DNA from: a virus
IMG/VR virus record: IMGVR_UViG_3300045988_057942
Length of the DNA: 64,000 nt
Direction: 5' to 3' (one strand)
Shown here piece after piece: positions 1 to 10,837 of this stretch. A program made the translations under genes and the position numbers. The notes beneath the pieces are model-generated. The model was not told where the DNA came from. It saw nothing but the letters and a program-made list of their open reading frames with translations, and did no database searches. Every line of letters begins with the position of its first letter. The first letter of the stretch is position 1.

Positions 1-104
1 TAAAAATAGTAATTTGACTAACTTTAGAGAAAATATAATCTTTAGTTAAAATAGTATTACTAATATTTCTTTTCATAATATTTCTAATTTGACCTTTATC
101 GTGA

Positions 105-152
105 ACATATAAAAAAAGAGGATTAGGTACTAAAATAGTACCCAATCCTCTT
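105..152 (-). terminator. Intrinsic terminator after gene 183-1201. A 17-bp stem (116-132 pairs with 136-152, one mismatch) is followed by a T-run on the minus strand (revcomp of the A-run at 109-117).
   Basis: The inverted repeat aagaggattaggtacta/tagtacccaatcctctt is read directly. It lies immediately 3' of the minus-strand stop codon and is followed by TTTTTTTAT on the minus strand. Confidence 0.6.
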
Positions 153-182
153 ACATACAACTATTTAACTAACTTTAATTTT

Positions 183-1201
183 TTAAAATGGCAAATCTTC
201 TGTTGGATTAACAAAAGCACCAGCAGCATCATTACCACCACCAAATGGACTAAAATCTCCACCGCCATTAAATCCACTAACAGGATTTATAGGAGCAGCA
301 GTTTGAACACCGGGCATTACACCAACACCAGGCATAGCAACATTTGGCTGTTTAGCTTGTTCGGCAGATTTTTGATAAACAATACTTTCTTTATAAGGGT
401 CAATATGCAAACTAGGAGCAGATTGTTCTTTATAAAGTTCAATAACTCCATCATTGATAAATGTAGGAAATCCTAAATCACCAAATGAAGATTTACTTCC
501 AACAACAGCACGCCATTTACCATCATTCTTAACGAAACGAAGAAGCTTCATCCAAATAGTAATAGGTTTACCTTTAGCATCATTATAAACAGGCTTACCA
601 TTATTATTAAGTAACTTAACATAATTTTCAAACACAGTTTTATAACCAGCTATAACTTCTTCAGCCTCAACAGGTACATACTGCATATTTTCATCAAAAT
701 CTTCAAAAGGCAAAGTAAGAGCATCAATTTCTTCTTCTGTTAAATCACGACCTTTAAGAACAAATACATTATATATATGTTTCATAAAGCGGAAAATGTT
801 ATCAACTTTCCAAGCACCTTTACCACCGGGAATAGTTTCAACATTACTTTCAGCAGGAAGAAGACGTTGAGTTACATAACGACGTTCATTGATATTTTCA
901 TGATTACTAGCAAAAGTAAATGTAAGATAAGGAATACTCATACCAGCAAATGAAGGCATACCTTGAACATCATCTTTCAGTGTAGCCCAATCAACTTTAA
1001 CATCTTCAAGATGACCAATAAACAAGCCATTAGCTTTATTACAATCAGTACGTTCATCAAACTTTTTACGAGTTACATCACGTAAATCGTTATTAATACC
1101 TCTACCTCTACGTTTTTTAGGAGTTTGTACTTCTGCATTAGCAGTTTGTTCAGCACTTGCTACAACAGTAGCTTCATTCTTAATTTCTTTTTCTGTCGAC
1201 A
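183..1201 (-). CDS. Putative ssDNA-binding protein. The C-terminus is Gly-rich and ends in an acidic/aromatic tip ...NPTEDLPF, resembling the bacterial SSB DDDIPF tail. The likely true start is MSTEKEIK near 1201; the track ORF extends to 1265 through a hydrophobic spurious leader.
   Basis: Long ORF in an AT-rich genome. The C-terminus GGGDFSPFGGGNDAAGAFVNPTEDLPF looks like an SSB-type tail. Position is within the replication module. Confidence 0.4.
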
Positions 1202-1311
1202 TAATTAAAGTAATTAAAAGAATTATTAGATAAAATAAGAGCTGCACCATTAGCAATACTAACAATGCAGCTCTATGTTCAAGATACTATATTTCTAGGA
1301 CGAAGATTTGA

Positions 1312-2139
1312 TTATTCAGCAGTTTCTTCTTTTTCAGCTTTCTTACCGATACGAATAGGTTCTTCATCTTTATATTCGGTAAGCATTGCAATCTTAACAA
1401 CAATATCTTTATGACCGTTATTAACAACAGCTTCTTGCAAGTTATCAATATCTACTGTATAAACACGATTTTTAGAAGTAGCTTCTTCATCAGTCATATT
1501 AGCTTTCAACTGTTTCCAAACATTAGAATCAGTAAAGTTAAGAGTTACACCAATACCAGACAAAGCAGCAGTATTAGCACATTTAGAACCTTTAACTTTA
1601 ACAACTTCATCACCTTGAATACAGCTAACCAAAAGTTCTTTCTGTTCATCTTCGGTAATACCTTCACGACCAAGAGCAGCTTTAAGTTCTTCATTAGAAG
1701 AAGATAAAGCACCTTCAAGAGTTTCTTGGAAATAAGTATTAACATACTTAATCTTATCATTCTTAGTCATACGAACACGAGTAGTACAAGGATTACCATT
1801 CTTGTCTAATTCAGCAATACCTTTAGCCAAAGCCCAAATATCAAATTCAGCATGAACAGCCATAGCAGCTTCGGGGGATTCAATATCCAAACCTTGTTCT
1901 TCACAGAAAGCAACAACTTCGGGTACTTTATTGATAATAGCATTATCAATATTTGCACAGTTATTAATGAACATTACATATTCACCATGAGCAATGCCGA
2001 GAGCTTTAGAAACTTGGGCAGTCATACGGAAACTACCGGGAGTAGAAACAACTACCAATTCAGGTTCTTCACTAACTGCTCTTTGACCAGCATTAACAAT
2101 ACCCATACCAAAACTCAAACCTTTCTTAAAGTCTTTCAT
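1312..2139 (-). CDS. Hypothetical protein (275 aa) in the replication module.
   Basis: Uninterrupted 275-codon ORF. Antisense ORFs in this span are short and low-complexity. Confidence 0.7.
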   Translation of the reverse strand: MKDFKKGLSFGMGIVNAGQRAVSEEPELVVVSTPGSFRMTAQVSKALGIAHGEYVMFINNCANIDNAIINKVPEVVAFCEEQGLDIESPEAAMAVHAEFDIWALAKGIAELDKNGNPCTTRVRMTKNDKIKYVNTYFQETLEGALSSSNEELKAALGREGITEDEQKELLVSCIQGDEVVKVKGSKCANTAALSGIGVTLNFTDSNVWKQLKANMTDEEATSKNRVYTVDIDNLQEAVVNNGHKDIVVKIAMLTEYKDEEPIRIGKKAEKEETAE

Positions 2140-2217
2140 AATTTTTGTAATTTAAAAGTGAATAATATCAGTCATACGACTGTTTTGTTTAATAATAATT
2201 TCTCTAATTTGTTTATG

Positions 2218-3150
2218 TTATTGAATTTCAGTAATATCAATAATATCTTCATTACTTAAATCAATACCTTGCATAGTCTTTAATTCTTCTGTGCTTAAAC
2301 AGCCCATAATTAAATCATTAGCAATTTCACGAGCACCATAAACAAATGCTCTATGACTTATCATTATTTTAGGATATTTCTTATAAGTATCTTTTTCAAA
2401 ACATCCAGCAACAATAGCATCTTTATAAGTAAACTCACCAGTAGCAACCATATTACGTTCTCCAATTTTACGATAAAAACGATAACTAGTAATATAATCA
2501 ATAGGAACAGCAGGTATTCTATAAACAGGAACTTTACCAGTAGAAGCAATTTGTTTAGCTTCATTAGTATTAGTAGCTATTTCAAACTTACCGTTAAGTT
2601 GATATTCTTTATATACATTACCATTATAATCTTTATAATATTTAACAGGATAAACATATATATGTTCATGGTCTTTATCTTCTGCATTTTTAGTTTGTGC
2701 CTCTTTGGGAGTAAGACACTTAATACAGTCAGATGGAAGTTTATCTTCATCATAAGCATTAAAGCCATCTGTATATTCGTACAGAGCGCGATAATTATCT
2801 ACTTTTTCCCAACTCACGCTGCCTTTGACAAGTAATGCCTTAATAATGTGAACATCAACACCTGTTTTACCTTGAACTACATGAATATGTTCAATGCAAG
2901 TAGAAAATGGAAGTCTAAGGTCTTTAGCTCTCATTGCAATAGCAAGACCATCTTCAACAGACTTAATACCACATTTATCACTACGCATAACACGTTTGAT
3001 AAATACTTCAAGACTTGCAATTTCAGCTTCACTCATATAATTAAGCTGATATGGAGCAACAGAATGTTGAACACCATGTTGTTTTTCAATACCACTATTA
3101 CTAACAGCAACAGCAGTATCATTAACTTTAACTTCTTTATCTTCGTCCAT
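2218..3150 (-). CDS. Hypothetical protein (310 aa).
   Basis: Long ORF, contiguous with neighbouring minus-strand genes. Confidence 0.7.
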   Translation of the reverse strand: MDEDKEVKVNDTAVAVSNSGIEKQHGVQHSVAPYQLNYMSEAEIASLEVFIKRVMRSDKCGIKSVEDGLAIAMRAKDLRLPFSTCIEHIHVVQGKTGVDVHIIKALLVKGSVSWEKVDNYRALYEYTDGFNAYDEDKLPSDCIKCLTPKEAQTKNAEDKDHEHIYVYPVKYYKDYNGNVYKEYQLNGKFEIATNTNEAKQIASTGKVPVYRIPAVPIDYITSYRFYRKIGERNMVATGEFTYKDAIVAGCFEKDTYKKYPKIMISHRAFVYGAREIANDLIMGCLSTEELKTMQGIDLSNEDIIDITEIQ

Positions 3151-3202
3151 TCTATCAAAGAGCGATTTTGATTACACAACAAATGTAACTATTATATTTA
3201 TA

Positions 3203-4588
3203 CTAGCAAACAATATCATCAAAATTTTGAGCACTAATATCAGAATTAACATTCTGTATAACTTCATGGTTAACTGATACCTTTTCCTTTTTTAAACTTG
3301 CTTCCTCAATAGTACCAGCTATATAAAGTTTATGTACTTTAAGTTTTGATTGACTACAATTAACATTATTATAACGATAAATAAGTTCATCTATGGTATC
3401 ACATAAAGGTGAGGTTAAAATCCACTCATCTACGCTTGTTTCTAGGCTGTCAGTTGAATTATTTTTTATAGATAATACTCTTAATAAGCCATCATTAAAA
3501 GACTTCAAATTCAGCGTGGAAATAGCCTTAGATTTGATTATACGAGCAGTCCCTTTCTTGCTTCCAGACTTGTACAAAACAGGAATACCATTACTATCAA
3601 CTAGAACTTTATCCTCAATTTTATCATGATAATCACCACAAATTTCACCTAATTTATCATTAATATATTTAGTTACAGTAGCAGCATATTCACCTCTCTT
3701 ACTAATAATAAGAAATCGTTTATCAGGATTATCTTTAATAATTTCAACTATTCTTTCTAGCTTACAAACATTATCAGAACATATAAGCATACGTTCACGA
3801 ACAATATTATAAAAAGTCTTAACTCGTTCAGCAAGAACAAGAGGATTATAACATTTATCTATTTGTTCACTAAAAGGATTAGTCATATCCATATTATTAC
3901 TCCATCCATTATACTCAGCTATTTCTGTAATATATTGCATAGCACTACGTCCATCTGGAGTACCACTTCGAGCATATTTAATATTATCAAGATTACCAAA
4001 TACTTGAATAGTTTGAGTAATATATTCAGTATATTTATCGTAATTATCAATATCTTCTTGATTAATAAATAGAATAGGCTCTCTATGTTCCTCTACGGGG
4101 AGTAAAGCTCGAACTCCATTAATATTACTAGAATTTATACTATCATTAATAGGAGGAATATTAAGATAAATTGTACTTAATTTGGCAGAATCAATAGTAT
4201 CTTTAGTTATAATCATAAGTTTAAATCTAGCATGATTAAACGCAGTATTAACATAAAGATTCCATTCATTAACTCCAACAACAATAGAAACATCATAATT
4301 ATAATTATATTTACTATTAATATAAGTATAAGTAAGAATATTAATAGTATCTATATTTATATTATTATTTTTAAGAGCATCAACAATTTCAGTTCTTTCC
4401 TTCCAAACACCTACAACAATAAGTATTTTAATATTAGGATTCTTATTACGCATAAGAACTATAATTCTACTTATAATTTCAGTATATTGAAGAGGTTGAA
4501 CACAATGTATAGTTCCAACACCTTTATATTGTTTAGAACCCCATTTATTAATAAGTTTATTATAAGATTTTTCTAATACATTTTTCAT
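3203..4588 (-). CDS. Hypothetical replication-module protein (461 aa). No Walker A motif was found. It contains an in-frame copy of the GC motif (LLPVEEHREP).
   Basis: Long ORF. Its stop overlaps the start of the polymerase gene (ATGA-type overlap at 4585-4588). Confidence 0.7.
   Translation of the reverse strand: MKNVLEKSYNKLINKWGSKQYKGVGTIHCVQPLQYTEIISRIIVLMRNKNPNIKILIVVGVWKERTEIVDALKNNNINIDTINILTYTYINSKYNYNYDVSIVVGVNEWNLYVNTAFNHARFKLMIITKDTIDSAKLSTIYLNIPPINDSINSSNINGVRALLPVEEHREPILFINQEDIDNYDKYTEYITQTIQVFGNLDNIKYARSGTPDGRSAMQYITEIAEYNGWSNNMDMTNPFSEQIDKCYNPLVLAERVKTFYNIVRERMLICSDNVCKLERIVEIIKDNPDKRFLIISKRGEYAATVTKYINDKLGEICGDYHDKIEDKVLVDSNGIPVLYKSGSKKGTARIIKSKAISTLNLKSFNDGLLRVLSIKNNSTDSLETSVDEWILTSPLCDTIDELIYRYNNVNCSQSKLKVHKLYIAGTIEEASLKKEKVSVNHEVIQNVNSDISAQNFDDIVC
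4089..4103 (+). repeat. GC-motif copy (TCCTCTACGGGGAGT), inside gene 3203-4588.
   Basis: Read directly. Confidence 0.7.
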
Positions 4589-6915
4589 TCAAAATCATCT
4601 TCATTAAAAATAGGATTATACATACCACTATATTTTTTAATTTTACTTTTACCTTTTCCTTTAGGAGAAATTTTAAGTTTAATAGGATTAATAATCTTCA
4701 TAACTTCTTGATAATAAAATTTAAAATTAATATCACGTAAAGAAATATCTTTATCATCAAGTGTATTAATAACTGTAACTACAGAACCAGCAGCCATTCT
4801 ATTACGAGAACCATTATCGTTATGAACTTTTTCAATTATATATCCATTATTAGAAACATAAAATCGAATATATCTTTGACAAACAATTCTAATAACTTGT
4901 CCATTTTCAATTTTAGTTTCTTCAACATGAAATTGCTTACCAACATTTTGAGTTAAACAAAAATCAAGAATATTAGTAGCTTCTTGAAGAGTATCCATTA
5001 CAGGTTTGTTCTTTAGAAAATAGTTTTCAATAGCTTGAGCAACAATAGGCATAGAATAACCTTTAGTTAAATCTAAAGAATACATCATAGGATTAAGAGC
5101 ACCTTTAGATTCAAGTTTAAGTTTATGTACACCATTTTTAATAACTCTAAACTGACTAAGATAATTATTTACATCTCTGCTAATTAGACAATTATAATAA
5201 TCTGTATCAAACTTAAGTTTAGTAATATTTTCCCAAGTATCTTTAATACGATTATAAATGTCAATATCTCGTTTATAAAGTTTAATAACAATACCATCAG
5301 TATTAGCACTTAATACATGAATATTATTTATTTCTAACTCTTCTACTAACATTAACATCATTAACTGTCCATTAATAGTAGTTTTAAGTACAGCAAGTCT
5401 ATCATAAAGATTACCAGCTTCAAACCCAAGTTTGCCATAAACAGAATTAATAACAATCTTAAGAACCAAAGCTAAAGTATCTCTATCAATTCCATCTACA
5501 ATATCTTCATTACTATGCTTAACTTCAACTCGCTTATTTTTAAGCCATTCAATAAGATTACAGAAAGCATTAGTATCAAGATGAGCTGGAGCTACTTTAT
5601 GAGCAGCAATAATACTAGGATACATACTATTAATATCAGCATGAATATAAACATAATCGTTATCATTAACAAGGATATCGTGTTGACCCCCCGTAGAGGA
5701 TAGATATAGTTCTCTACCACTACTCCATAATTCAACAGGATTATCTTGACTATGTAAACCTCCAGTAGCAACAGTATAAGTTACATTTCCAATTTTAACT
5801 TCTTTACTAAACGCATCTTTATTAACTCTATAAATAGTAGTTTTAAGACATTCATCAAGAAAATCTTGCATAGGTTTAGTTTTAAATTTAATAAAAGGAA
5901 AAATAACTTTTTTAAAACTCATAGCAGTTCTTTCAGTTTTCTTACCTTTCCATTGTTCAGGAGCAAGACCACTAAATTTACTATAAAACTTCTCAAAAAG
6001 AATATCAGCAGTTTTACTACGACTAGAATTAAGAACGTCTACATCATAAGCTCTACTAATAGCATATCTGGATTTAATTTCTTCAGGATAAAGACGAACA
6101 ATTTCACAAACTATAAAAACATCATTAAGATTATAATGCATCATAGGTTCAATATATTCATCAAGAATAAATCTATCCCATTTATCAACAAACTTATTAA
6201 GTTGTTGAACAGTCATTCCTTTAAGATTAGGAATACTATTATATAATTCAGCTTCTTCTTCATTAATATCAGGAAGTTCATATTCTAGAAGTTCATACCA
6301 TTGAAGATTAATAGAAGTTTGTTTTAAACCTTTAGGAACAGGTTTACGTTCACCTGTTTTACTATCTACAACCACACTTGCTTTATTAAGAGCAAATATA
6401 CGCATTACATCAATACCTGTAAATGGTAGTTTATATTTTCTAAGACTATTAAGATAAAAATCAGTTTTAAATTTATCTTTATCATCTTGACTAGAAATAA
6501 TAGTTTTACTAGTTTCATATAACTTATTAATAAGTTCTTTCGTACTATTCGTACGCATATAAAAACTAAGTAAAGCAGCAATCATAAGATTATCATAATT
6601 GAAATTATTAAATCCATACAAGTCAGTACGAATAATATTTCCATTAGAATCCTTATAACATCTAGTCTTATTAATATAACCTATCATAGAAAGTAATTGA
6701 CTATCATCTTTATCTGTTATATGAAAACTATGTTTTTCAACAGTTTCAAGACGAGCTTTAATTTCTTCAACAGATAGTTTTTGAACTAAAGGAATAGCTT
6801 TTCCATCAGCATTAACACAATCTTTAAAAACTTTAAGATAACTATTAATACTAACAAAAGTAATAGAAAAGAAATTTCTTAAAACTTCAACATCATAAGC
6901 TATACAATTAATCAT
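4585..6915 (-). CDS. Family B DNA polymerase, small with an N-terminal exonuclease-like region. PolB motif A is DINSMYPS, motif B is KIVINSVYGK (KxxxNSxYG), and a motif C-like segment is LSANTDG.
   Basis: Motifs read in the translated ORF: YIHADINSMYPSIIAAHK, LVLKIVINSVYGKLGF, HVLSANTDGIVIK. The N-terminus has YDVEV (Exo I-like). Confidence 0.8.
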   Translation of the reverse strand: MINCIAYDVEVLRNFFSITFVSINSYLKVFKDCVNADGKAIPLVQKLSVEEIKARLETVEKHSFHITDKDDSQLLSMIGYINKTRCYKDSNGNIIRTDLYGFNNFNYDNLMIAALLSFYMRTNSTKELINKLYETSKTIISSQDDKDKFKTDFYLNSLRKYKLPFTGIDVMRIFALNKASVVVDSKTGERKPVPKGLKQTSINLQWYELLEYELPDINEEEAELYNSIPNLKGMTVQQLNKFVDKWDRFILDEYIEPMMHYNLNDVFIVCEIVRLYPEEIKSRYAISRAYDVDVLNSSRSKTADILFEKFYSKFSGLAPEQWKGKKTERTAMSFKKVIFPFIKFKTKPMQDFLDECLKTTIYRVNKDAFSKEVKIGNVTYTVATGGLHSQDNPVELWSSGRELYLSSTGGQHDILVNDNDYVYIHADINSMYPSIIAAHKVAPAHLDTNAFCNLIEWLKNKRVEVKHSNEDIVDGIDRDTLALVLKIVINSVYGKLGFEAGNLYDRLAVLKTTINGQLMMLMLVEELEINNIHVLSANTDGIVIKLYKRDIDIYNRIKDTWENITKLKFDTDYYNCLISRDVNNYLSQFRVIKNGVHKLKLESKGALNPMMYSLDLTKGYSMPIVAQAIENYFLKNKPVMDTLQEATNILDFCLTQNVGKQFHVEETKIENGQVIRIVCQRYIRFYVSNNGYIIEKVHNDNGSRNRMAAGSVVTVINTLDDKDISLRDINFKFYYQEVMKIINPIKLKISPKGKGKSKIKKYSGMYNPIFNEDDFE
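5685..5703 (-). repeat. GC-motif copy (revcomp: CTATCCTCTACGGGGGGTC), in-frame in the DNA polymerase (LSSTGGQ).
   Basis: Read directly. Confidence 0.7.
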
Positions 6916-7458
6916 TTATACTATACCATAATTATTTCTATTTTTAGTAACCCAATTAACATCATCAGCAAAACGCTGTTTAAACATATGATAAAGATTA
7001 TCATCTTTAAATTTAACAAGAGGCGAATAATTATTAAATATATACTTACCGCCAGTAGCCATAAATCTAGGAATATGATTATTACTAATATTAAGATAAG
7101 CATCACCAAATATAAATAGATACTTATAATTAATTCTAGCTAATTCTTTCCATAGAATATTACGACATTTATCAATAGCAGTAAGATATGTATTATAATT
7201 ATTAGAACAAGCACATTTAATACTATAAGTCATATATACATCTTCAATGTTATTACGTCCAGAATATTCATCATAAAGATTACCAATATCAGTAAATAAT
7301 TGATAACCTTCACAATAATTTCTATCACCTCTAGGAAATAGGAAAACAATATCTCCATGAATACTTCCTCTACCACCTTGTATATATTTACCTGTATTAA
7401 ATATACGATTTGGGCATCTTTCACAATCAGGATATTCGTCAACAGTTTTACTTGCCAT
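6916..7458 (-). CDS. Hypothetical protein (180 aa). Possibly a uracil-DNA glycosylase-like Cys-containing protein (CERCPN...GGRGSIHGDIVFLFPRG).
   Basis: ORF adjacent to the polymerase and helicase. Resemblance to UDG family-4 motifs is weak; this is a low-confidence functional guess. Confidence 0.3.
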   Translation of the reverse strand: MASKTVDEYPDCERCPNRIFNTGKYIQGGRGSIHGDIVFLFPRGDRNYCEGYQLFTDIGNLYDEYSGRNNIEDVYMTYSIKCACSNNYNTYLTAIDKCRNILWKELARINYKYLFIFGDAYLNISNNHIPRFMATGGKYIFNNYSPLVKFKDDNLYHMFKQRFADDVNWVTKNRNNYGIV

Positions 7459-8908
7459 AAGATAATACTAATTGATTACTAGCGCGAGAACAAGCAACAT
7501 ACAATCTACGAAGCATTTCATCTCTATTAGTATAAGGATGACCATATTTATCATAAATCATATCGTTAATATCTACAAATACATTTTTATAAGTAGAACC
7601 CTGTGCTCTATGAGAAGTAATTGCAAAACCATAATCTAAATCTCTACTAAATAAAATCTTACCATTACTATTCATAATATTAGAAGCGATAAGATATTTA
7701 CGTTTAAAATCAAAATACTGTTTCCATTTACTTCCACGTTCAGAACTACTAGCTTTTTTAGCATCATCAATAAGACTAGTCAACTTCTTATAATACATCT
7801 GAAATGTATAGTTATCATAATGGTCAATAACAAATAAAGGTTGAGTTATAGCACCACCATGAATAGCTTGAAACTTAATAAGAAATCCTTTAAACTCATA
7901 ATCATTATCAATTGTATCAACAATATCTTTAACAATATATTCTTCACTATTGTTTATAATAATATCATTAAAAATATTAACAACAGTAGTATAACTCATT
8001 ATTAAATCATTACGAGTAATAAGACTCTTATCAGCATCTTGAATAATCATATGTCTTACATGGTTATTCCATTGTGCAACACGACTATTAGTATAAGCTA
8101 TAATACGATACAAATCAATATTTTTAGTATATTCTTCATCATTAAAACAAGTATCAATTAAATCAGAAAATTCAGTTTGACCACAAACATAAAATCCTTT
8201 AGTTTCTTCATTATAATCTTGTCTATTCTTAGATATATAATCAAGAAACTTCCATCCATTCTTACTATCTATATCTTCTCGAAGAAGTTTAAGAAGTTTA
8301 CTAATAGGATTATTATCTCCTTGTCGTACAACTTCTTTAAGATAATAAGTATTACTAGCAATAAGAAAAGCTTGACTAGTTTTCTCATTAACAGGAGGAA
8401 GCTGACTAGAATCACCAAGCATTATAACTTTAATTTGAAGCTTCTTACATTTATTACTAATATACTTAACAAGTTTAGCATTAAGCATAGAAGCTTCATC
8501 AATAATTAAAACTTTAAGACCATCTAGTTTATCTTTTCCAACAAGATTAAAGGCAGGATTTTCAGGGTCAAAATTTTCAATATTAACATCAAGTCTAAAA
8601 CCAAATAATGATTGAATTGTATTAACTTCTTTTCCACCAATAGAATTACTAAGAACTCTACAAGCTTTATGTGTAGGAGCAGCACAGCCTATAACACCAC
8701 CAGACCATTTGCAATTATTAATAACATATTTAATAACAAATGTCTTACCTGTACCTCCAGCACCACAAAGAGCATTAATATATTTCTTCTCATCCCAAGG
8801 CTGTGCAAGAAACTCAATAAGTTCATGCACAGCTATTTCTTGGTCTTTAGTAAACTTAATGTTAGTATCTTTTCTATTACTATTAGCAATATTAAGATTA
8901 CCAATCAT
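7448..8908 (-). CDS. SF1B helicase, Dda/Pif1/RecD-like. Walker A is GAGGTGKT, followed by AAPTHKA (helicase motif Ia-like).
   Basis: The translated ORF contains ALCGAGGTGKTFVIKYV...GCAAPTHKACRVLS. It also has LIIDEASML (Walker B/DExx-like) and a conserved C-terminal segment (LYVACSRA). Confidence 0.85.
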   Translation of the reverse strand: MIGNLNIANSNRKDTNIKFTKDQEIAVHELIEFLAQPWDEKKYINALCGAGGTGKTFVIKYVINNCKWSGGVIGCAAPTHKACRVLSNSIGGKEVNTIQSLFGFRLDVNIENFDPENPAFNLVGKDKLDGLKVLIIDEASMLNAKLVKYISNKCKKLQIKVIMLGDSSQLPPVNEKTSQAFLIASNTYYLKEVVRQGDNNPISKLLKLLREDIDSKNGWKFLDYISKNRQDYNEETKGFYVCGQTEFSDLIDTCFNDEEYTKNIDLYRIIAYTNSRVAQWNNHVRHMIIQDADKSLITRNDLIMSYTTVVNIFNDIIINNSEEYIVKDIVDTIDNDYEFKGFLIKFQAIHGGAITQPLFVIDHYDNYTFQMYYKKLTSLIDDAKKASSSERGSKWKQYFDFKRKYLIASNIMNSNGKILFSRDLDYGFAITSHRAQGSTYKNVFVDINDMIYDKYGHPYTNRDEMLRRLYVACSRASNQLVLSYGK

Positions 8909-9378
8909 TACAATTCGTTGTTTACATCAATAAGATTATTTTTAACTTTATCTTCATATTCTTTCCATTCTTGAAAAGCTAAAATAGTAGATTCACTATC
9001 ACCACGATTATAACACGTAGTAATATGAAACAATTCCTTAGCAAAAGGCATTTTAACAATTTTACCTTTAGCTATAAGTCCAGCAGCAAAAGGAATATAA
9101 AATCTAGTATCAACAGTTTTTCTATTTTCACTATCTCTTATAATTTTAATTCTATGATTATATTCATCTAATCGACGAGCATAAACAACTTTCTTTCCTT
9201 TAGTTCTGTAACTTTCACCTGTAATGCTATATAATTTGCCATTGTATTCTACTTTATAAGTACCATCAATATATCTAATAATACCTTCACATTTAGCAAC
9301 TATAATAACATATTTATTGACTATTCCTTTCTCTTTGGATTTACCTACAACTCCAAATGAGAATTTAAAGCTAACCAT
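8908..9378 (-). CDS. Hypothetical protein (156 aa).
   Basis: ORF contiguous with the helicase gene. Confidence 0.65.
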   Translation of the reverse strand: MVSFKFSFGVVGKSKEKGIVNKYVIIVAKCEGIIRYIDGTYKVEYNGKLYSITGESYRTKGKKVVYARRLDEYNHRIKIIRDSENRKTVDTRFYIPFAAGLIAKGKIVKMPFAKELFHITTCYNRGDSESTILAFQEWKEYEDKVKNNLIDVNNEL

Positions 9379-9384
9379 AACATA

Positions 9385-9717
9385 CTACTTTCTTTTAATA
9401 GTACGCATACGTTTATCAACAGCACGAGTAATACCTTTAAAAGTATTATCCTCTGCAAACTTAGCTTTACGAGCAGCCTTTTTAGCAGCTTTCTTAGCAG
9501 CAATTTCTTCATCACGTTCTTTTTGTTGTTGAATAACATCAACAATCTCAACATGATAACCACAATAATGAGAAAGAAAATCAATCTTACCACTAGTTCC
9601 ATTACCAATAGCACTATTTTTAGCTACTTTAATAACTTTACTAGCAGGATTGATTCCAATAACAACGCCAACATTATTAAGTTGACGAACAACAGAAACT
9701 TCATCATACTTTTTCAT
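9385..9717 (-). CDS. Hypothetical small protein with a basic Lys/Ala-rich C-terminus (AAKKAAKKAARKAKF); possibly nucleic-acid binding.
   Basis: ORF with a compositionally basic tail. Confidence 0.55.
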   Translation of the reverse strand: MKKYDEVSVVRQLNNVGVVIGINPASKVIKVAKNSAIGNGTSGKIDFLSHYCGYHVEIVDVIQQQKERDEEIAAKKAAKKAARKAKFAEDNTFKGITRAVDKRMRTIKRK

Positions 9718-9804
9718 AAGTACTTTACATTTTTAAAGATTAATAAAACAATTATATTTAATAGTTAAAACTATAATAAGTTCAATAATAGTTATATTAG
9801 TAGA

Positions 9805-9846
9805 GCCACTACGCTACGCTCCGTGGCGACCCCCCGTAGAGGATGG
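9805..9846 (-). repeat. Composite GC element. Hairpin GCCAC-13nt-GTGGC plus motif copy GACCCCCCGTAGAGGATGG. Intergenic.
   Basis: Read directly. Confidence 0.7.
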
Positions 9847-10106
9847 AAGCAAGCTAATCATCAACTTTCGCTTTAATACTATCATTAAGCTTATTAAGTT
9901 TATCAATAAAATGTTCAAGAACTTCTTTATTATATTCACTATCATTAATAATAAATTCAATATTACGATGAAATTCTATATCTTTAATTTGAAGTTTATT
10001 AATATCTATATTAATTCGTTCAATCTTTTTATATAGACTAAATACTTCATAAATAAGATATAAAATACATCCAATACAAATTCCAAGAACATATTGAGTA
10101 ACATTT

Positions 10107-10679
10107 TCAATCATAAAAATAATGATAAAGTTTACGAATAAGTTCAAATCTAGTATCAGTAATATTATAGATTTTAAATGCTTTAGCAACAAAATCAAAA
10201 TCACCATATTTAAGTAAAGCATCTATATAATCTTTAATATCACTAAGCCACATAATAGCACTAACAGAATATCTATCACTATCAGTATTAGTAATATATT
10301 GACCAATACCTATGGCAATAGTAGTAGCAGTTACATCATTAATAATAAACTTATCAGTAAACCAATTATTTTTTATATACTGTTTATCAGTATATTTATC
10401 ATGAAAGGCTTTAGATAGTTTATTACATAAATCAATATAAGAACGAGCAGCAGTTCTATTATTATGATTAACAAATTGAACATCTTTAACTTTAAGAGTT
10501 AAATCCATACCACATTCGATAATACGAACTTTAATTTGTTTTTTAGCTTCATTAATATATAGAACAATAGCAAGTTTATCTTTCCAATAACCAGTATTCA
10601 AAGTAACTATATCATAAAGTTTAACTTTAAATCCAGTTGTAATAGTACCATCAATATTCTTATAAGCAATATAATTCAT
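10107..10679 (-). CDS. Hypothetical protein (190 aa).
   Basis: Long ORF. Confidence 0.65.
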   Translation of the reverse strand: MNYIAYKNIDGTITTGFKVKLYDIVTLNTGYWKDKLAIVLYINEAKKQIKVRIIECGMDLTLKVKDVQFVNHNNRTAARSYIDLCNKLSKAFHDKYTDKQYIKNNWFTDKFIINDVTATTIAIGIGQYITNTDSDRYSVSAIMWLSDIKDYIDALLKYGDFDFVAKAFKIYNITDTRFELIRKLYHYFYD

Positions 10680-10722
10680 AATAAAACTGTATTAAATTTT
10701 TAGTTTAACATTTATTAGCTAG

Positions 10723-10805
10723 TTCTTTTGCCCTGTATTGAACTCAATATTAATCGTGATAGATTAATCAGATTATATATGAAAATTCAACAGAGGGCAA
10801 AAGAA
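10723..10805. repeat. Intergenic stem-loop element, copy A. Outer 12-bp perfect inverted repeat TTCTTTTGCCCT/AGGGCAAAAGAA with an inner CTGTATTGAA/TTCAACAG arm. Shares tcttttgccct, tgaact, attaatcg and ttcaacagag with copy B at 61792-61870.
   Basis: Inverted repeats and the shared blocks are read directly in both copies. Confidence 0.6.
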
Positions 10806-10837
10806 TTATATCCATGAACATGTCAGACTATGAATAA

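Noticed and set aside
1238-1274. 9-bp inverted repeat AGAGCTGCA...TGCAGCTCT as a terminator of gene 1312-2139
   Set aside because: Plausible, but it overlaps the 5' end of the track ORF 183-1265 and lacks a clean T-tract. Kept only as a possibility.
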